The translations under genes and the position numbers were made by a program. Below, one piece after another: positions 16,750 through 19,577 of a stretch of 19,577 nt of DNA (the stretch's first letter is position 1; the number at the start of each line of letters is the position of its first letter). The notes under the pieces were generated by a model. That model made no database searches. It saw nothing but the letters and a program-made list of their open reading frames with translations, and had not been told where the DNA came from. This DNA is from Candidatus Hadarchaeota archaeon (lineage in GTDB: Archaea > CAYQAE01 > CAYVLA01), in the NCBI GenBank assembly GCA_964452145.1, contig CAYVLA010000060.1:1-19577 (forward strand), in the 5' to 3' direction.

Positions 16750-16942
16750 TGCGGCGATAGGTCTGCAGTGGCCGAAGATAACCTTTACGTTCGGCGGTTC
16801 GCTGGGCTTTCGCAGTCTCTGCCCAGGAATCATGCTTGGACGGCTCGCTTGGTTCGTGGCAAGAAAGACCGGCGAATGTTATCCCGACCGGAGCTTCACG
16901 CCTTTCCAGCTCCCGAAGTCCTTTCCCTGTCTAGCACTCCTA

Positions 16943-17506
16943 TCAGCCCTTCAGGTTGTCCCCGAATCTCTCCTTGAGCTTAGAAAGCTTGGGGGCGATG
17001 ACCAACCTGCAATAGGCCAGATTGGGATGCTTCCGATAGTAGTTATCGTGGTATTCCTCGGCCCTGTAGAAGGCCTCGAAAGGCACAACCTGGGTGACCA
17101 CCGGGGCACCCCAAAGGCCCTGCGACTCGATACGACGAATGGCGTCTTCCGCCTTCTCTTTCTGTTCCGGGCTGTGATAGAAGATGACGGACCTGTACTG
17201 GGGACCGAGGTCTGCTCCCTGCCGATTCAGAGTTGTGGGATCGTGGATATGGAAGAATACCTCCAGCAACTTTTCGTAGGTGATGATGCTCGGGTCAAAC
17301 GTGATCTGGACCACCTCCGCATGCCCGGTCTTGCCTGTGGAGACACGCTCGTAGGTTGCGTCAGCTGCGCTTCCACCCGAGTATCCTGGCTGGACGCGTT
17401 GCACTCCGTTTAGCCCGGCAAAGACCGCCTCGATACACCAGAAGCATCCGCCCCCAAGTGTAGCCAGTTCATCTGCTGAACCACGGTAGACAACGTTCGT
17501 GTTCAT
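16943..17506 (-). CDS. msrA: Peptide-methionine (S)-S-oxide reductase
   Basis: Motifs GGGCFWCIE, GYSGG, YERVSTGKTGHAE, HDPTTLNRQGAD.GPQYRS, AEEYH and YC..VIAPK. GGAGG lies upstream. Confidence 0.97.
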   Translation of the reverse strand: MNTNVVYRGSADELATLGGGCFWCIEAVFAGLNGVQRVQPGYSGGSAADATYERVSTGKTGHAEVVQITFDPSIITYEKLLEVFFHIHDPTTLNRQGADLGPQYRSVIFYHSPEQKEKAEDAIRRIESQGLWGAPVVTQVVPFEAFYRAEEYHDNYYRKHPNLAYCRLVIAPKLSKLKERFGDNLKG

Positions 17507-17932
17507 GGATTGGGCCTCCAGTCCTGGATAGCCTTAATGCTTCTCCTTCCCTGCACGAGAACCGCGATGGAAATCGAAGCCACAATGGCGGTGCTCATGC
17601 CACTCTCTTGGAGCAAGCACGCTTGGGCCACCTATGCACCTACCCCGGAACCATCACGGTGTTCACAACCTGATTCCTCCGAGTGACAAGGCTTGTCCAC
17701 AGCAGTACAGGAACAAGAGAGTCTGCCTCTGGAGATATCGAAGCTATCCAGGATCGGATGTCTTCCTCGTCCCTCAGGTCCACCATCAGTCAGACACATG
17801 TCCTGACCATCCGCATCTTCCTTAAGCCTTCCTAGTTCCAGGAGCCCTGACAGACATCGACACTCGTCTCTATGATCTGCTTGAGTCTGGCGTTACATCC
17901 CCCTCTGTGGATGAAGATCCAGAAGCACCCAA

Positions 17933-19429
17933 CTATTCCTGATCGTTCAGCCAACAGTCCAGCTTCTCCTCATGCTCCTTGGACCAGCCCACGTAGCAGT
18001 TGGCCATTATCTCCTCATAGGTCGTTGCCGGATTGTCCTGGCTGCGGCTGTAGGTGGCGTCGCGGAACCGACCCGCCCTTGCCTGTTCTCTCCAGGCACG
18101 GAATGCCGCCTTATTGTAGCGCATGCAGCGGCGACGAACCTCCTCACAGTCCACGATGCCTCGGAGGTCTCGTTCCATGGCTTCCGCAACCTCCTTTCTG
18201 GTACTGGCAAGGTTGCCTATCTCGTTGGGGTCGTCGGCGAGATTGAACAGCTGTGGTTCGTAGCCCGGATAGGCTACATACTTCCATTCGCCGCGGCGGA
18301 GCATGAACATTGTTGTGTTGCACGACGTCCCGGTGTGGAGCGCCAGGGCCCAGTTACGACTCTTCTCGGTTTCACCGCGCGCCAGGGGCATCAAGGACTC
18401 TCCATCCAGATTGCCCGGCACGTCGATGCCTGAGATCTCGGCAACCGTGGGGAAGATGTCGATGAGCGAGACGATGTTGTCCACCTTCCGTCCGGCCGGA
18501 ATATCGGGACCCCTTATCACCAGCGGGACGCGGGAGGAACCCTCGTACATGCTCATCTTGTACCAGAGGCGGTGTTCCGTTACGAGTTCTCCGTGGTCGC
18601 TGGTGAAGATGAAGTAGGTGTTATCCCTCAATCCCAGATCGTCGATGACTTGGTCGATCTCTCCCACCATCGCATCTGCCTCGGCGCACATCGCGTAGTA
18701 GGCGGCGCGGAAGGTCCTCACGGTGTGGGGCGCAAAGCCGTGGGTCCAGTTCTTGTTGATCCGCTGATACTCCACGACGGGGTGTGGGTCCTCGTCCAGA
18801 GGGGGCAACTCCACCTTTTCGTGGTCAACCCGGCCCATCCAGTAGGAGGTCGTCCGAAATGATGGATGCACCGCACTTGTGGAGATATACAGAAAGAACG
18901 GATCGTTCCCATCTGCATGGAGCTTCATGAAATCCTTAGCCTTGGCGACCTTCTCCCAGTCCCCCTTCCACGCGTTCTTCTCCCGGGTTGTTATGTGGAG
19001 CTCGTTGTCCCCGCGCCCGTACACCGGCAGGCGAATGTCCGCTCCGGCCGTCCAAGCCGTAACGCGGGCCAAATGGCTGTGCCCGCCAGAGCGGTAATCA
19101 CTCTTCCCGATTCCTATGTCTCGGTGGTCATCCGCGGCAAAGAGGTATCCTGAATCATGGAGCAGGTCCATGAGCGTGGTGCTCCCTGGCTCCAACCCCT
19201 TGTGGTTGTTCCAACTCTCGCAGTGGTGGGTGTAGCGGCCTGACCACATGTTAGCCCGGGATGGACAGCAGATCGGATGGCTGCAGTAAGTCCGGCGAAA
19301 GAGGGCGCCTTGCCCAGCGAGCTTGTCTATGTTGGGCGTGGCACGCCGCATGGCCGGATTGCCCATGCATCCAAGGGCCCGGCCGTCCCAGCTTTCAGCG
19401 TGGAAGAAGACTATGTTCGGTTTCGGCAT
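17933..19429 (-). CDS. Cys-type formylglycine-dependent (S1) sulfatase, arylsulfatase K-like
   Basis: PNIVFF, the signature ICCPSRANMWSGRY (CxPxR), GK.DY, FTSDHGE, YKMSMYE.S.RVPL and VSLIDIFPT. ATG 19429 is preceded by GGGGGTGA. No signal peptide. Confidence 0.92.
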   Translation of the reverse strand: MPKPNIVFFHAESWDGRALGCMGNPAMRRATPNIDKLAGQGALFRRTYCSHPICCPSRANMWSGRYTHHCESWNNHKGLEPGSTTLMDLLHDSGYLFAADDHRDIGIGKSDYRSGGHSHLARVTAWTAGADIRLPVYGRGDNELHITTREKNAWKGDWEKVAKAKDFMKLHADGNDPFFLYISTSAVHPSFRTTSYWMGRVDHEKVELPPLDEDPHPVVEYQRINKNWTHGFAPHTVRTFRAAYYAMCAEADAMVGEIDQVIDDLGLRDNTYFIFTSDHGELVTEHRLWYKMSMYEGSSRVPLVIRGPDIPAGRKVDNIVSLIDIFPTVAEISGIDVPGNLDGESLMPLARGETEKSRNWALALHTGTSCNTTMFMLRRGEWKYVAYPGYEPQLFNLADDPNEIGNLASTRKEVAEAMERDLRGIVDCEEVRRRCMRYNKAAFRAWREQARAGRFRDATYSRSQDNPATTYEEIMANCYVGWSKEHEEKLDCWLNDQE

Positions 19430-19577
19430 GGTCACCCCCTCCACCTTTCTCGGAAAAATGTATGGTCACGATTCCCTCTGCACTGCCGACCGGTATACCC
19501 TGGATCCAAGAGACACATATCGCTGGATTCAGCGCACCCGGACTAGCCACCACTCGAGTAGCTCCTAGTATGGGAGA

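Noticed and set aside
9924..17413. Large alternative ORFs 9924..10682, 11211..12065, 12402..13169, 13718..14719, 15676..16506 and 16550..17413
   Set aside because: They are antisense or off-frame to better-supported genes and show no recognisable motifs.

Overview
GC-rich prokaryotic window, most likely archaeal. This is inferred from TATA/BRE-like boxes about 25-40 nt upstream of several genes, GGTGA/GGAGG ribosome-binding motifs and an apparently leaderless trpE. From left to right it contains: a probable decayed prenyltransferase-repeat gene remnant; a HAD hydrolase; a complete, translationally coupled trpEGDCFBA operon on the minus strand, whose promoter carries a perfect TTATGTACATAA palindrome with a TRP-box-like core; a GATase-like/polysaccharide-deacetylase fusion protein; an (alpha/alpha)-barrel prenyltransferase-repeat protein divergent from a GH109-like Gfo/Idh/MocA enzyme; two paralogous secreted, C-terminally anchored GATase1-like proteins flanking an orphan fdhD; msrA; and a cytoplasmic Cys-type sulfatase that resembles animal lysosomal arylsulfatase K along its whole length. 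The best candidate for an undescribed system is a dispersed toolkit for breaking down sulfated/N-acetylated glycans (ARSK-like sulfatase, GH109-like enzyme, deacetylase and alpha/alpha barrel), together with the paralogous surface-anchored protein family. No rRNA, tRNA, CRISPR array or transposase was seen. All family assignments come from motifs recognised by eye; no database searches were run.
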